From positions 1,216,001 through 1,280,000 of the forward strand of contig JBEKFP010000001.1 of assembly GCA_050013255.1 (NCBI GenBank): a stretch of 64,000 nucleotides of DNA, written 5' to 3'. A model generated the notes under the pieces. That model saw only the letters and a list, made by a program, of their open reading frames with translations. It did no database searches and had not been told where the DNA came from. The translations under genes were made by a program, and so were the position numbers. The stretch's first letter is position 1. Every line of letters begins with the position of its first letter. Origin of the DNA: Candidatus Bathyarchaeia archaeon. Its GTDB lineage: Archaea > Thermoproteota > Bathyarchaeia > 40CM-2-53-6. Positions 26,910 through 36,725 of this stretch are shown here, in pieces.

Positions 26910-27173
26910 CTAAGTCTGCTTCGCGTTAGTGCCGTCTCTTGCTTCCTTGATCTCCGTCTTGATCCTTTCCCGCGTTAGTCCCGCTGACAGAGCGCTCCTG
27001 AAAATTCCTTTTCTCAACTCTTTGCAGGAATCCCTCAATGCAAGATAGCGCAGCGATTTGTCGCCGTTGCCACTCTTAATCTCTTCGAACAGGCCGTCAC
27101 ACTCGTTTTCCCGTTCAGCCAGGTCATGGATTCTCTCGTCGAATTCATCGAAACCTGTCGTCATCACAATCAC
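26910..27173 (-). CDS. Hypothetical protein
   Basis: Helical, charged ORF. Confidence 0.5.
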   Translation of the reverse strand: MIVMTTGFDEFDERIHDLAERENECDGLFEEIKSGNGDKSLRYLALRDSCKELRKGIFRSALSAGLTRERIKTEIKEARDGTNAKQT

Positions 27174-27616
27174 AGCCTCATTGTTCTGGTTGGTATAAAG
27201 TACTTAGGCCAACTAGAATCGCATAAACAGGTGAATAATTGTTTCAGGTTGCCGTCAAAGTTGCAAATACGTCATTGTGAGTGTATACGGTAACTTGAAC
27301 GCGACGTGGATTAAAGGTTACCCGACTCTGCCGCTTGCGCCTGGAGAAGCCATGCGGATTAACATGAACACACTAGCAACCCTTGTGCCAGAGTAGAAGG
27401 TTAGGGTTGCGTCAGCAAGCGGGCAAACCGACTTGACAAATTCGTGGTCGAAGCTTAAAACCGCGCCCCAGGCATAGACTTCGAAACGCGGCAACAAATC
27501 CCAACGTCATCCACCAACCGTGGACACTGCGCGGTTTCTAAAACAGCTTAACCTCACACGCCCACAGAACGCAACGAAAACACAACCCCACAATACTTTG
27601 TGGGGTGCTCTTCCTA

Positions 27617-27904
27617 TTACTCTTCGTCGTTGTCCTTGTCAGAATCTTCTTCTTCCTCGCCTGCCGTGGCTGCCACTTTTTCTGAAGTTTCAACCTTCTC
27701 GAAAGATTGCAAGGCTTCTTGAAGCTCTTCTTCGGTTATTTTACCCGCGACGAAAAGTATGTCGTTGATCCATTCAGACACGAGGGCTTCGATGTTTGCT
27801 GCGGGGACCAACGGATGCTTCTGGAGGGCGGCTTGAAGCTCGGTGAAGAGCTGGTCTAGCTCGACGCCGTCAACCTGCTGTTTTTTTCCGTAAACGAACT
27901 TCAA
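27617..27904 (-). CDS. Hypothetical protein with acidic tail
   Basis: Protein-like composition, EEEEDSDKDNDEE C-terminus. Confidence 0.6.
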   Translation of the reverse strand: MKFVYGKKQQVDGVELDQLFTELQAALQKHPLVPAANIEALVSEWINDILFVAGKITEEELQEALQSFEKVETSEKVAATAGEEEEDSDKDNDEE

Positions 27905-28029
27905 TTAGGCCACTAGCTCGCCCTGTCTCATCTAGGCTGGGCTCAATGATGGTTGACTAGATAATCTTTAAGACTTGCCACACGCGCTGTCGACGCGGAC
28001 CCTTACGGGTGAACTTGTTTGGCCTGGAG

Positions 28030-28171
28030 GCGGGGGTAAGGTTCAGCATGAATCTCCCTAGAGCCAAGCCAGGTCTAAGGCGCAGGACTGAACACTCCTA
28101 AACGTTTCGAGTGTGTCCAGAGGCTCCTGTCCCGCAGGGGTTCCGGGGTTCGAATCCCCGCCCCCGCACCA
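28030..28171 (+). tRNA. tRNA-Leu(GAG) with two non-canonical introns (8/9: 28038-28061; 34/35: 28091-28120), CCA encoded
   Basis: Spliced sequence GCGGGGG TA GCC AAGCCAGGTCTAA GGC G CAGGA CT GAG GC TCCTG TCCCGCAGGGGTTC CGGGG TTCGAAT CCCCG CCCCCGC A CCA; both introns form BHB motifs. Confidence 0.92.
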
Positions 28172-28321
28172 AACCCACATGGCTATTCGCGCCGAGTATG
28201 CGCAGATTTTGCGCAACAGGGGCGAGTTCTAAACGCGGTTTCCTGCACTGGTTTTCTAAAGAGCGTTTGAACCCGCAGTTCATACGCAGAATGTGAGACA
28301 CTCAGATAACCTCTGACCGTT

Positions 28322-29398
28322 TCAGAGCATTTTCCCTCTAGCGGCCACAGACCAAGTAGCAATGACCACATTGCCTCTAACCGCGTGGATCTGTTCGAAC
28401 ATGTTTGTGGCCGTGCATGCATGGTAAGGCACGAACTGAACGTGATCTCCTACGTGAAAGCCTGAATCCTTTGCCTCAAGTGTCAGGTGTTCCTCGTGGA
28501 TCTCAATGGCTTTCATGCTTTCGGTATCGAGGGGTTCTGGAAACCTTCCTTGGTCATGTGCGAAGGCTTTGTTGCCTGCATCAACGACCACTCTTCCGGC
28601 GACGGGGGTGCTGATGACTGTTGTGAGAACACGTTGGGCACAATCCCGCAATTTCGCGGAACCGAGCTCTGTCTGCATTACGTCGTAGAAGACGTAGTTA
28701 CCCGGCTGCAGTTCTGTGACGCCGTCGACTTCAGCAACTGCCTTAGCCGTTGGTGTCGACCCACAACTGAGTACTGGAATTTCTATGCCGGATTTGCGAA
28801 TTCGTTTTGCAGTCTCAATAAACCGCCCTATCGTTCGCTTCGCAAGTAAGTCCCTACGCTTAACGTTCGGGATTTCATAGAACTGTCCTTCGTACGTCAT
28901 CAATCCGTCTAGCCGCAATCCAGCGACCTTGGATACTTCTCGTGTCAAGTTGGCAACTGCGGGGCCCAACGGGACGCCGCAACGTCTCATCCCACAATCA
29001 ACATCGATGAGGACGGGGACCGTTTGACCGTTTGCTGCTGCCACCTTTCCTATTGCTTCAGCAACTTTCAGCGAGTCAACGGCAACTTTCACGCTGGCTT
29101 TCTGTTGAAGTCTCACTAGGCGTTCTATCTTTGTTGGTTGCACTATCTCGTTCGTGATGAATACGTCTTTGATTCCGGCGTCAACCATGACTTCTGCTTC
29201 GCTTAGCCTTTGAGCGCATATGCCCGACGCACCTTCGGCCAGTTCTATCTTGGCAATTTCAGGGCATTTGTGGGTCTTCAAGTGTGGTCTCAACGCGACG
29301 CCGTTGCGGGAGGCGGTTGCCTGCATGTCCTTGATGTTTCGAAGCATTTTGCCATAATCTACGAGCAATGCTGGGGTTTCCAAATCAGAAATGTTCAC
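28322..29398 (-). CDS. PLP fold-III enzyme, D-threonine aldolase / D-serine dehydratase (DSD1) family
   Basis: LETPAL, LRPHLKTHK, GSTPT, PGNYVFYD, EEH, PYHAC. Confidence 0.9.
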   Translation of the reverse strand: MNISDLETPALLVDYGKMLRNIKDMQATASRNGVALRPHLKTHKCPEIAKIELAEGASGICAQRLSEAEVMVDAGIKDVFITNEIVQPTKIERLVRLQQKASVKVAVDSLKVAEAIGKVAAANGQTVPVLIDVDCGMRRCGVPLGPAVANLTREVSKVAGLRLDGLMTYEGQFYEIPNVKRRDLLAKRTIGRFIETAKRIRKSGIEIPVLSCGSTPTAKAVAEVDGVTELQPGNYVFYDVMQTELGSAKLRDCAQRVLTTVISTPVAGRVVVDAGNKAFAHDQGRFPEPLDTESMKAIEIHEEHLTLEAKDSGFHVGDHVQFVPYHACTATNMFEQIHAVRGNVVIATWSVAARGKML

Positions 29399-29517
29399 AG
29401 CCCGTCACTTTAGCACAGTCTGACTTATGATGCTACTAAGATTTTTGGGCAACAGCACAACAGGGCGCCTACTTCATATGTGAAACACATCGCCCAATCT
29501 GCTGGAGGAAAGGTTCG

Positions 29518-29931
29518 ATGCGACTGATAATTCGAAACGGGGTAATCGTCGACGGCACCCGTGCCCCACGTTTTTGAGGCGATGTGGCTGTGGAACATGG
29601 CAGAATCGATTCAGTCTCACGGAACGGTGGCCTGCAAGGCGACGAGCGTATCGACGCGAATGGCCTGATCGTTGCCCCAGGCTTCATTAATATTCACACT
29701 CACTCAGTTTTCCCGCTGTTGATGAATCTGAAGGCGGACAGCTATGTTCGGCAGGGAGTAACTACCTTTGTTCTCGGGGCTTGCGGACGTTCCTGCGCGC
29801 CGGTTAACGACGCCACGAGAGATTTGCTGCTCAAGGACATAATCGGCTATGATTCTCGGCTACCGATCAGGAAACTGGGAGCAAAACGCGACCTAGAGAA
29901 AGCAGAAGCCAAACTAGCAGCCCGCACATGA
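29518..29931 (+). pseudogene. D-aminoacylase (N-acyl-D-amino-acid deacylase) pseudogene
   Basis: MRLIIRNGVIVDGT...F*GDVAV (TGA at 29575), APGFINIHTHS, QGVTT; truncated after ~117 codons. Confidence 0.85.
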
Positions 29932-30281
29932 CCGGCACACACAGGCAGTAAATTGGGGTCAGAATCCCCTGCCTCAACTCTGAGGGTATCGCCGCTACTT
30001 GCGGATTATGAGGGTTCAAACGTGGGTGTAAAGCTAAAACCCCGCACCATGGTACACACACAGATTCGGGACAGGGCCTACATCGAAGGCTATTCTCTTT
30101 ACAGTCAGGTGCTTTAGGATCGGGTTATGGGTAGTGAAGCCGAAACACATGAGGAGAGTCGGCGAGGGCACCCTAATGGTAACGTGTTTTGTTCCCTAAA
30201 CGAAGTCCCCGAAGAACAAAGTCAAAATCACCGATACGAAAGCAGCAGAATACATAACGCTATCTGCATTGCCGGCGTATT

Positions 30282-31247
30282 TTGGGAACTCGCATACTAG
30301 CAGCGACGGTGTTCACAGTGGACGGCTCTGCTTGGATCCTGGAATCTCTGGTGATTGTTGTCGGTTTGAGTATCTTCGAAGTCGTGAACAGTGTGGACAA
30401 CGCCATCATCAACTCCGAGGTCCTCTCCACAATGCCCGCGAAATCACGGAAGTGGTTCCTCACATGGGGAATCATCATCGCCGTCTTTCTCGTCAGGGGC
30501 CTCCTCCCAATTCTCATCCTGTGGGGCAGCAATCCGAACCTCAGCTTTCTCGAGGTCGTAACGGCAATGGTCAGCTCCAACCCGGCGTTGGTCGAAGCCG
30601 TCGAGACATCCGCCCCAGTCTTGTTGATTGGCGGTGGAACTTTCTTGGTGTTCCTTTTCTTTTCCTGGTTGTTTCTTGAGCCGAAACACTATGGCTTGAG
30701 GGGGGAAGCCGTGATTCAGAAGCATGGAGTATGGTTCTACGCGGCAGTCTCGATTTTTCTCGCTATCGTGGTATGGTTTAGCATTTGGGATAATCCCGCG
30801 ATGGCCTTCGGAGCCGTCGTTGGTTCTACTGGGTTCTTCATAACTCACGGGTTCAAGGAGAACGCGGCTCAAATGGAGAACAGGGTACTCAGCGGATCGA
30901 CCCACATGTCCGCAATAAGCAAGCTGCTCTATCTGGAAGTGATAGATTCAACATTCTCCATCGACGGCGTGCTAGGCGCCTTCGCCTTCACCCTCGCAGT
31001 TCCCCTGATACTCATTGGAAATGGCATCGGGGCAATAGTTGTTAGGCAGCTCACACTGAGCAACATCGAGAAAGTGAAGAAGTATAAGTACCTGAAGAAC
31101 GGCGCGATGTACTCCGTCTTCGCGCTCGGGATAATAATGATTCTTGACAGCTTCAATGTTCACATCCCAACTTGGTTTTCGCCCGTGGTCACATTCTTGA
31201 TAATCGGCTATTTCTTCCACAAGTCAAGACGCGCTTATCACCTCTGA
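30282..31247 (+). CDS. TerC/DUF475 family membrane protein
   Basis: EVVNSVDNAIINS, LYLEVIDSTFSIDGVLGAFA, YLKNGAMYS. Confidence 0.88.
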   Translation: MGTRILAATVFTVDGSAWILESLVIVVGLSIFEVVNSVDNAIINSEVLSTMPAKSRKWFLTWGIIIAVFLVRGLLPILILWGSNPNLSFLEVVTAMVSSNPALVEAVETSAPVLLIGGGTFLVFLFFSWLFLEPKHYGLRGEAVIQKHGVWFYAAVSIFLAIVVWFSIWDNPAMAFGAVVGSTGFFITHGFKENAAQMENRVLSGSTHMSAISKLLYLEVIDSTFSIDGVLGAFAFTLAVPLILIGNGIGAIVVRQLTLSNIEKVKKYKYLKNGAMYSVFALGIIMILDSFNVHIPTWFSPVVTFLIIGYFFHKSRRAYHL

Positions 31248-31403
31248 AGAATTCAAGTTGCTAACGTTCTGCCCGAAATGCGGGAACACACTCGCCTAGC
31301 CGAAACTGGCAAAGTGGGGTCAAAATCCCATGCCCCATCTTTTCTTTGGGAGATTGTCTATTTATCCGGTTAAACCTACTAGAAGCAACCGAGTTTGTCG
31401 ATT

Positions 31404-31664
31404 ATGAAGGGAGTCATTGGGAAGAAGTTCTTCGTAGATTCAGTTGCTTCAGCAATCTTCTGGACATTAGTATACATCCCTGTCTTTGCCTACACATCAA
31501 AGTCCGTAGAGCTAGCTCTAGTGGGTCTCGGCTCGGCAGCTTTGATTGAGATATTGTTTGGTGGAGCTTATGGAAGATTCCTTGATTGGTTCAGAAGGGC
31601 GTTCGGCATCAAAAACACCCAATCTGAAACACCCTCACGTAGTCTTGTGGGCAACAGAACTTGA
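31404..31664 (+). CDS. Small membrane protein, AlaE (alanine exporter)-like
   Basis: FFVDSVASAIF...GAYGRFLDWFRR resembles an AlaE half-domain. Confidence 0.5.
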   Translation: MKGVIGKKFFVDSVASAIFWTLVYIPVFAYTSKSVELALVGLGSAALIEILFGGAYGRFLDWFRRAFGIKNTQSETPSRSLVGNRT

Positions 31665-31789
31665 TTACACTAGAATGTGGTCGAACACGAGATTTTTGTC
31701 GGCGTTCTCTATGGTGATTGGTGTTTCAAGGATCGTTTGAATACCATATGTAGGAGGCTTGATGAGTCGTCCCCAAATCAATTCGAGCG

Positions 31790-32554
31790 GTGGAGGAAAG
31801 AGGCGCATTGCATGAGGGAGCGTGGTACGCGAAGAGCGGCGGCAAGATTCGCGAACTGTATACCATCATGCATTTGCCATACACGTCGATGGTTCTCTCT
31901 TACGTTTTGATCGGCGCAGCCGTTTCGCCCTCGATGCACCCGTCCCGACTAATCCTAACACTATTAGCCTATTTCCTGGGGCTGGGGCTTTCGGCTCACG
32001 CGTTGAATGAACTTCATGCGAGGCATTGGGGTGAAAATTTGACCCGCCACGAATTGGAAGTCTTATTCCTTGTGCCATTAATAGCCGCGGTCTCAATTGG
32101 AGCATACGGCATGCTCATCCTATACGACGCGTCCCGTTCCCTGATTGTCCCTCTGATGCTCTTGGTTTTCATTTCCATGGAAACTTTCTTTTTGGTCGCC
32201 TATAACTCGGACATTGCGAAAGGAAGGTTCCACAGCACGGCTTCATTCGCCTTCTCATGGGCGGCTCTGCCCGTCATAATTAGCTTCTACGTGAACGCTC
32301 TAACCATAACGCTCTCCGCTGTCCTCGTAGCCTCCGCGATGGCCGCAACCGCCGCCATAGAAATTACCCTCTCCCGGTGGTGCAAAGATTTCAGGCGAAA
32401 GAACCCCACTGTCGAGTTGCAGTTTGCAGACAGAACCAAACAAAATTTGAACGCACCCGAACTTATCGCCAGCCCTGAGAAGGCTCTGAAACTAATCGTA
32501 GTTGCCGTCGACCTCCTCAGCATAGGCTTGATTGTTCATAAATTGCTAACTTGA
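31790..32554 (+). CDS. UbiA-like integral membrane protein
   Basis: HLPYT...AHALNELH, multiple TM helices. Confidence 0.55.
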   Translation: MEERGALHEGAWYAKSGGKIRELYTIMHLPYTSMVLSYVLIGAAVSPSMHPSRLILTLLAYFLGLGLSAHALNELHARHWGENLTRHELEVLFLVPLIAAVSIGAYGMLILYDASRSLIVPLMLLVFISMETFFLVAYNSDIAKGRFHSTASFAFSWAALPVIISFYVNALTITLSAVLVASAMAATAAIEITLSRWCKDFRRKNPTVELQFADRTKQNLNAPELIASPEKALKLIVVAVDLLSIGLIVHKLLT

Positions 32555-32748
32555 ACCGCAGACTTACGCAGCGAAAGCGTTCCAGCAGATTCCGACTGGA
32601 TTCGTGGAAAAGGCTAGGTAACTTAGTCGTTTTGGTGGGAGTAGTATTTCCATTCGGTTTTCTTAGACAAGCATTATAATCCTGGGGGAAGCCCCGTTTG
32701 CGCAGGGTTTCGAGAAGGGGCTCGTTCGGTTTGCTAAAGAGCACACCG

Positions 32749-34698
32749 ATGAAACGATTCTACTTGGCCCTGCCTACGAAGTATGAGGACCAGGTAATCG
32801 AAACCCTCGGCGGACTCGGGACCGTCCAGTTAATCACGGATTATACGATCAACGGCTTCAAGAGAGTCGACACCGTTGAGAAATGTGAAAAATATGTGAA
32901 ACTTCAACAGAGGATTAGATCCATCTTATCGACCCTCCCGCCTGAGAAAGTTACGAAGAAAAGCCTCTTGCACTTCCTGAAGAAAAGCGCCGCCAGCCCG
33001 ATACAGAAAGGAACCGGCTCTTCAAACGCTAGCTTAGAGCAGATTGAATCACGAGTCCTCGAGACAGAAACGCAGCTAGACACCTCAGTCGGAAAATTAG
33101 AGGCGCTACGCTCCAACCTGAAAGAACTCAAAACCCTAGATGAGACCCTCCTAATTCTCAAAAAACACGAACTCAGGGCAGACGCACTCGGTGGCTTCGA
33201 AAACATCTTCGTTAAGGCCGGTTTCATAAATAGAGCATTTTCAGAGAAACTCGAGAAGTATGTCGAAGGAACCGAGGTGAAATTTGTAAAGTGGCCTGAC
33301 AAACGCGAGGAGGATTTTGTTTTTGTTCTAGGCCTCAACCGTGATAAGCAGTACATGGAAGAGACTCTAACACGACTCAACTTTGCGGAATTAACAATCC
33401 CCAAAGGAGTCTCACCCGATCCTGTAGAAGCCCTAGATAAGAATCGGGCATCTATGGTCAAGCTCCAGCGGGAGATTGGTGATGTTGAGAAAGACGTGAG
33501 AAGTATTTGTGAAGAGTTTCAGAACAAGGCGGCGGGATTCGAGCCAGTGGTCCGTAGGGCCCTTGCAGTTGAGGGCGCCAGGTCGGCTTTCGGGCGAACC
33601 GAGACGTTAAGCTTGGTTCATGGCTGGGTTCCCGCGGAACAGGAAGCGCCCCTTAGCGAGACAGTTGTAGCGTCATCGAATGGCGCCGCCGTTCTTAGAT
33701 TCAGTGACCCAGCACCTGGCGACAAGCCCCCTGTTCGAATTAACCATAGGGGGATCGCGGGGTCTTTTGAACTGTTTACGAAATTAAGGGGAACACCTGC
33801 ATACAATGAAATTGATCCCACTCTGATAGTCACCGTTCTCTTTACGATCATGTACGGAATGATGTTCGGGGACATCGGGCAAGGTGCCCTGCTCTTGGTA
33901 ATGGGCTTGGTCTTCAGCCGACTTCAACGGAGCTTCTTGGGAATTCCTGCCGGGGCAATGAGGAAGTTGGGAGGTATCCTAGCGACATGTGGCATATCTG
34001 CTATGTTCTTCGGGTCGCTTTACGGTGAGTTCTTCTTATCCGAGGCTTTCCGCCCCATCTTTGTGAATCCAATCCAGGGCCAGGCCACTATGATCATAGT
34101 GGCGCTCTTGTTCGGAGTCGTACAATTATCCCTAGGACTGGTTCTCAAAATTGTGAACCTGGTTAGGGCAAGGGCGATGATCGAAGCTGCTTTCGGAGGG
34201 GTTAGGCTCGTTTACTACGTAAGTGGCGTAGCGCTAGCTGTAAAGTACGCAACGAGCATGTCACTAGCAGTTTTCGCCGAAAACCTATGGCTTACAACTC
34301 TTGCACTTACCTGTCTCCTAATTGTCTTCCTCTCCCCCACAATTGAGGGCGTTATGAAACACGAGTTCAGGTTTGGTGAAGGTATAATGAAGGGCGCTTC
34401 GGAGTTCATCGAGACGTTCCTCTCATACTTGACCAATTCGATTTCTTACGTGCGGTTGGCCGCGTTCGCGATAGCTCATTCAGCTCTCGGCATATCAGCG
34501 GTCATAATGGCAACGACAATCGGTGTCATACCCGGCTTTCTTGTAATGAATTTCCTGGGAATGACAATCGAGGCGCTCGGGGTTTTCATACAATGCATGA
34601 GGTTAACATACTACGAATTCTTCACCAAGTTTTATTCTGGGAACGGAGTCCCATATCGTCCGTTCTCGCTCCCGAAAATCCTCGGAACCGTTAAATAA
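32749..34698 (+). CDS. atpI: A/V-type ATP synthase subunit I (a)
   Basis: EIDPT...YGMMFGDIGQG, SYVRLAA, RLTYYEFFTKFY. Confidence 0.95.
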   Translation: MKRFYLALPTKYEDQVIETLGGLGTVQLITDYTINGFKRVDTVEKCEKYVKLQQRIRSILSTLPPEKVTKKSLLHFLKKSAASPIQKGTGSSNASLEQIESRVLETETQLDTSVGKLEALRSNLKELKTLDETLLILKKHELRADALGGFENIFVKAGFINRAFSEKLEKYVEGTEVKFVKWPDKREEDFVFVLGLNRDKQYMEETLTRLNFAELTIPKGVSPDPVEALDKNRASMVKLQREIGDVEKDVRSICEEFQNKAAGFEPVVRRALAVEGARSAFGRTETLSLVHGWVPAEQEAPLSETVVASSNGAAVLRFSDPAPGDKPPVRINHRGIAGSFELFTKLRGTPAYNEIDPTLIVTVLFTIMYGMMFGDIGQGALLLVMGLVFSRLQRSFLGIPAGAMRKLGGILATCGISAMFFGSLYGEFFLSEAFRPIFVNPIQGQATMIIVALLFGVVQLSLGLVLKIVNLVRARAMIEAAFGGVRLVYYVSGVALAVKYATSMSLAVFAENLWLTTLALTCLLIVFLSPTIEGVMKHEFRFGEGIMKGASEFIETFLSYLTNSISYVRLAAFAIAHSALGISAVIMATTIGVIPGFLVMNFLGMTIEALGVFIQCMRLTYYEFFTKFYSGNGVPYRPFSLPKILGTVK

Positions 34699-34713
34699 TG
34701 AGGCCCAACGCCA

Positions 34714-35070
34714 ATGGCCACGATCTTGTTGAACCCTCAAAGAAGTTCGCACTGGAAGAGAAACCTGCTACTATTGTCGCCCTTTCTCGTGGCCCTGTTC
34801 TTGTTCACGTTTTCTGTTGCAACCACATTCGCTCAGCAAACAGCCACACCACAGACGACGGGGAGTTACGATATTCTAGGCGCTGGCTTAGCAGTCGGTC
34901 TTTGCGGCATTGGCGCGGGCTTGGCGATTTATGGGTCTACTTCAGCCGGTCTAGCAGCTATGGTCGAAAGGCCTGAGCTCACCACATGGGTTCTTGTTTT
35001 TGCTGGTTTAGGCGAAGGGATCGCTATCTACGGGTTAGTCGTTGCTATCCTAATTCTAGGTAGACACTAA
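34714..35070 (+). CDS. atpK: A/V-type ATP synthase subunit K (c) with N-terminal leader
   Basis: GAGLAVGLCGIGAG...ERPE...GLGEGIAIYG; lacks the Gln/Ser-Thr Na+ ligands, so probably H+-type. Confidence 0.93.
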   Translation: MATILLNPQRSSHWKRNLLLLSPFLVALFLFTFSVATTFAQQTATPQTTGSYDILGAGLAVGLCGIGAGLAIYGSTSAGLAAMVERPELTTWVLVFAGLGEGIAIYGLVVAILILGRH

Positions 35071-35084
35071 AGTTAATAGACCTA

Positions 35085-36116
35085 TCAGTCCTGGACTCCG
35101 AACAAATCTTTCGGGATAACTTCCTCGCCCAAGTTCAATTGTCTGCCTGTTACGATTGAAATCAGGTTCTTCGCCTCACACTCACACAGGAGAAGGTATG
35201 CGATTATGTATCCAACCTGAAGCGGGTGCGTTGTCAAAACTGCTGAAGCGTCGCCGTAGAGCTGCTTGAAGAAAACCCGTTCGAGGAGCAATGAAGAGCC
35301 CTTCTTGAGCAAGTTTGCGGCTTCTGAGGCGAGCTTAGAATAGTCTGTCCTCAGTAGGTTCGGGGCCTCCTGTAGTTGGCTTTGGAGCAAGGCTCGCAGC
35401 GTTGTCTTCGGAAGGGCATAGGATACCGGGATTGTGGATTCTTCTATGAGCTTTGCAGAGACGTCTCTCGTCTTTAAGGAAAACACAGTGAGCAAGTTCC
35501 TCAGGTCTATTTCTTCTCCTATTAGATTCCTGGCTCCCTGCATCTTTCCTGCCAGCTCCCAGACTCTGCTGAAGTAGATCTTATCGAGAGCTGCCTCAAG
35601 GATCATGGTTGTTCCGCTCTCTTCGTATGCTTGAAGCTTCGCCAGAATTGGGCGATACTGGCTATCGCGGAGAAGCGATGCTACCTCGTCCACGTCTTTC
35701 GCTTTGAGGAGCGCAGGAAAGTTCACGAGCGTGTACTCTCTTTGTAGAGGAATGAGGTTCAGTTCTTCCGCGTTTTGGCCGCCGTGTTTCGCCCTGATGA
35801 TCCTCTTTATGTTCTCTACTTCGAATCTAGCGGAGTATCTGGTGAGCAGATCCTGCATCTTCCCTTGGGCGGAACGACGTACGAAAAAGAACCTCTCCAC
35901 GAGTTTCTTGAGAATGATGTTTTCTAATGTTGTTGCGTCCTGTTCTTGCGTGGGTAGTTGACCGATCTCAACGGCGTAGTCTGTCTTGAGCAGGTTATCG
36001 TAAACGTCTCTCAGGGTTTTTGCCTTGGCTAGAATTTGCATGTCACGCGGGGTTATGAGATGGGTTCGTAATCCATGTGTTCGGGTGACGAGGTAAACGC
36101 TCGCTCCTCGTCGCAT
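35085..36116 (-). CDS. atpC: A/V-type ATP synthase subunit C (d/AC39)
   Basis: EVENIKRIIRAK, EIDLRNL, YLLLCECEAKNL. Confidence 0.88.
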   Translation of the reverse strand: MRRGASVYLVTRTHGLRTHLITPRDMQILAKAKTLRDVYDNLLKTDYAVEIGQLPTQEQDATTLENIILKKLVERFFFVRRSAQGKMQDLLTRYSARFEVENIKRIIRAKHGGQNAEELNLIPLQREYTLVNFPALLKAKDVDEVASLLRDSQYRPILAKLQAYEESGTTMILEAALDKIYFSRVWELAGKMQGARNLIGEEIDLRNLLTVFSLKTRDVSAKLIEESTIPVSYALPKTTLRALLQSQLQEAPNLLRTDYSKLASEAANLLKKGSSLLLERVFFKQLYGDASAVLTTHPLQVGYIIAYLLLCECEAKNLISIVTGRQLNLGEEVIPKDLFGVQD

Positions 36117-36725
36117 CTATTTTGTTCCTCTGATTAACGCTTTTACACGTTTGGCTCTGAAGAATTCTTCGAGCGTTTCCTCTTCAAGTCTCCCCTCAAT
36201 GTATCGGAGGGTTTCAATTATGTTTGGTAGGATGACTCTTTCTAGGGCGTTTACTTTGCGGTTTGTTAACATGAGTTCTTGGGCGATGCTTTCTATCCTT
36301 GCCTCGGCTTCGGCTATGCTCAGCAACTCTCCCATCGAGCTTGTCAGTTGTTCTGCAGCGGCGTAGGCTGAAGGGTCTGTGATTGAATTAATTGCTGGCT
36401 TCTGTCCCTGCACAATCTCAGGCACCAAGACGCCCATAACGCTGCGTAGTCTTACTTTGGCCTCTAGAGGTTTGACGGTGAAGGCTTGCGATTGAAGCCG
36501 CGAGTAACCGAGCGTCACGTAGGCTGCTCTCAATGAACCATAAGCTTCCATGAGCCGTTGTTCAAACTCATGTCGAACCTTGATTTTGGCGAGGAGCCTA
36601 TTCGTCTCCGCGGCTAAGTTGTCTCGTTTCATCTCGAGAAGTTCTTTGCCGCGTTTTGTGAAGTCTAGTTGCTCGCGTAGTCTGAGCAGAACTCCTCTTG
36701 TAACGGCGACTCTTCCAAGGCTCAT
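36117..36725 (-). CDS. atpD: A/V-type ATP synthase subunit D
   Basis: [20 protein letters not shown]. Confidence 0.93.
   Translation of the reverse strand: MSLGRVAVTRGVLLRLREQLDFTKRGKELLEMKRDNLAAETNRLLAKIKVRHEFEQRLMEAYGSLRAAYVTLGYSRLQSQAFTVKPLEAKVRLRSVMGVLVPEIVQGQKPAINSITDPSAYAAAEQLTSSMGELLSIAEAEARIESIAQELMLTNRKVNALERVILPNIIETLRYIEGRLEEETLEEFFRAKRVKALIRGTK

Noticed and set aside
27271-27460. Pilin-like pseudogene fragment (IVSVYGN...PLAPGE...)
   Set aside because: No start, no class III signal peptide and an internal stop; similarity too weak to call
29575-29577. In-frame TGA as selenocysteine
   Set aside because: Not at a Cys-equivalent site, and the gene is truncated and degenerate
30120-30260. 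Mn-sensing yybP-ykoY riboswitch upstream of the TerC-family gene
   Set aside because: Only a generic GCCGA/TCGGC hairpin; the conserved riboswitch motifs were not found
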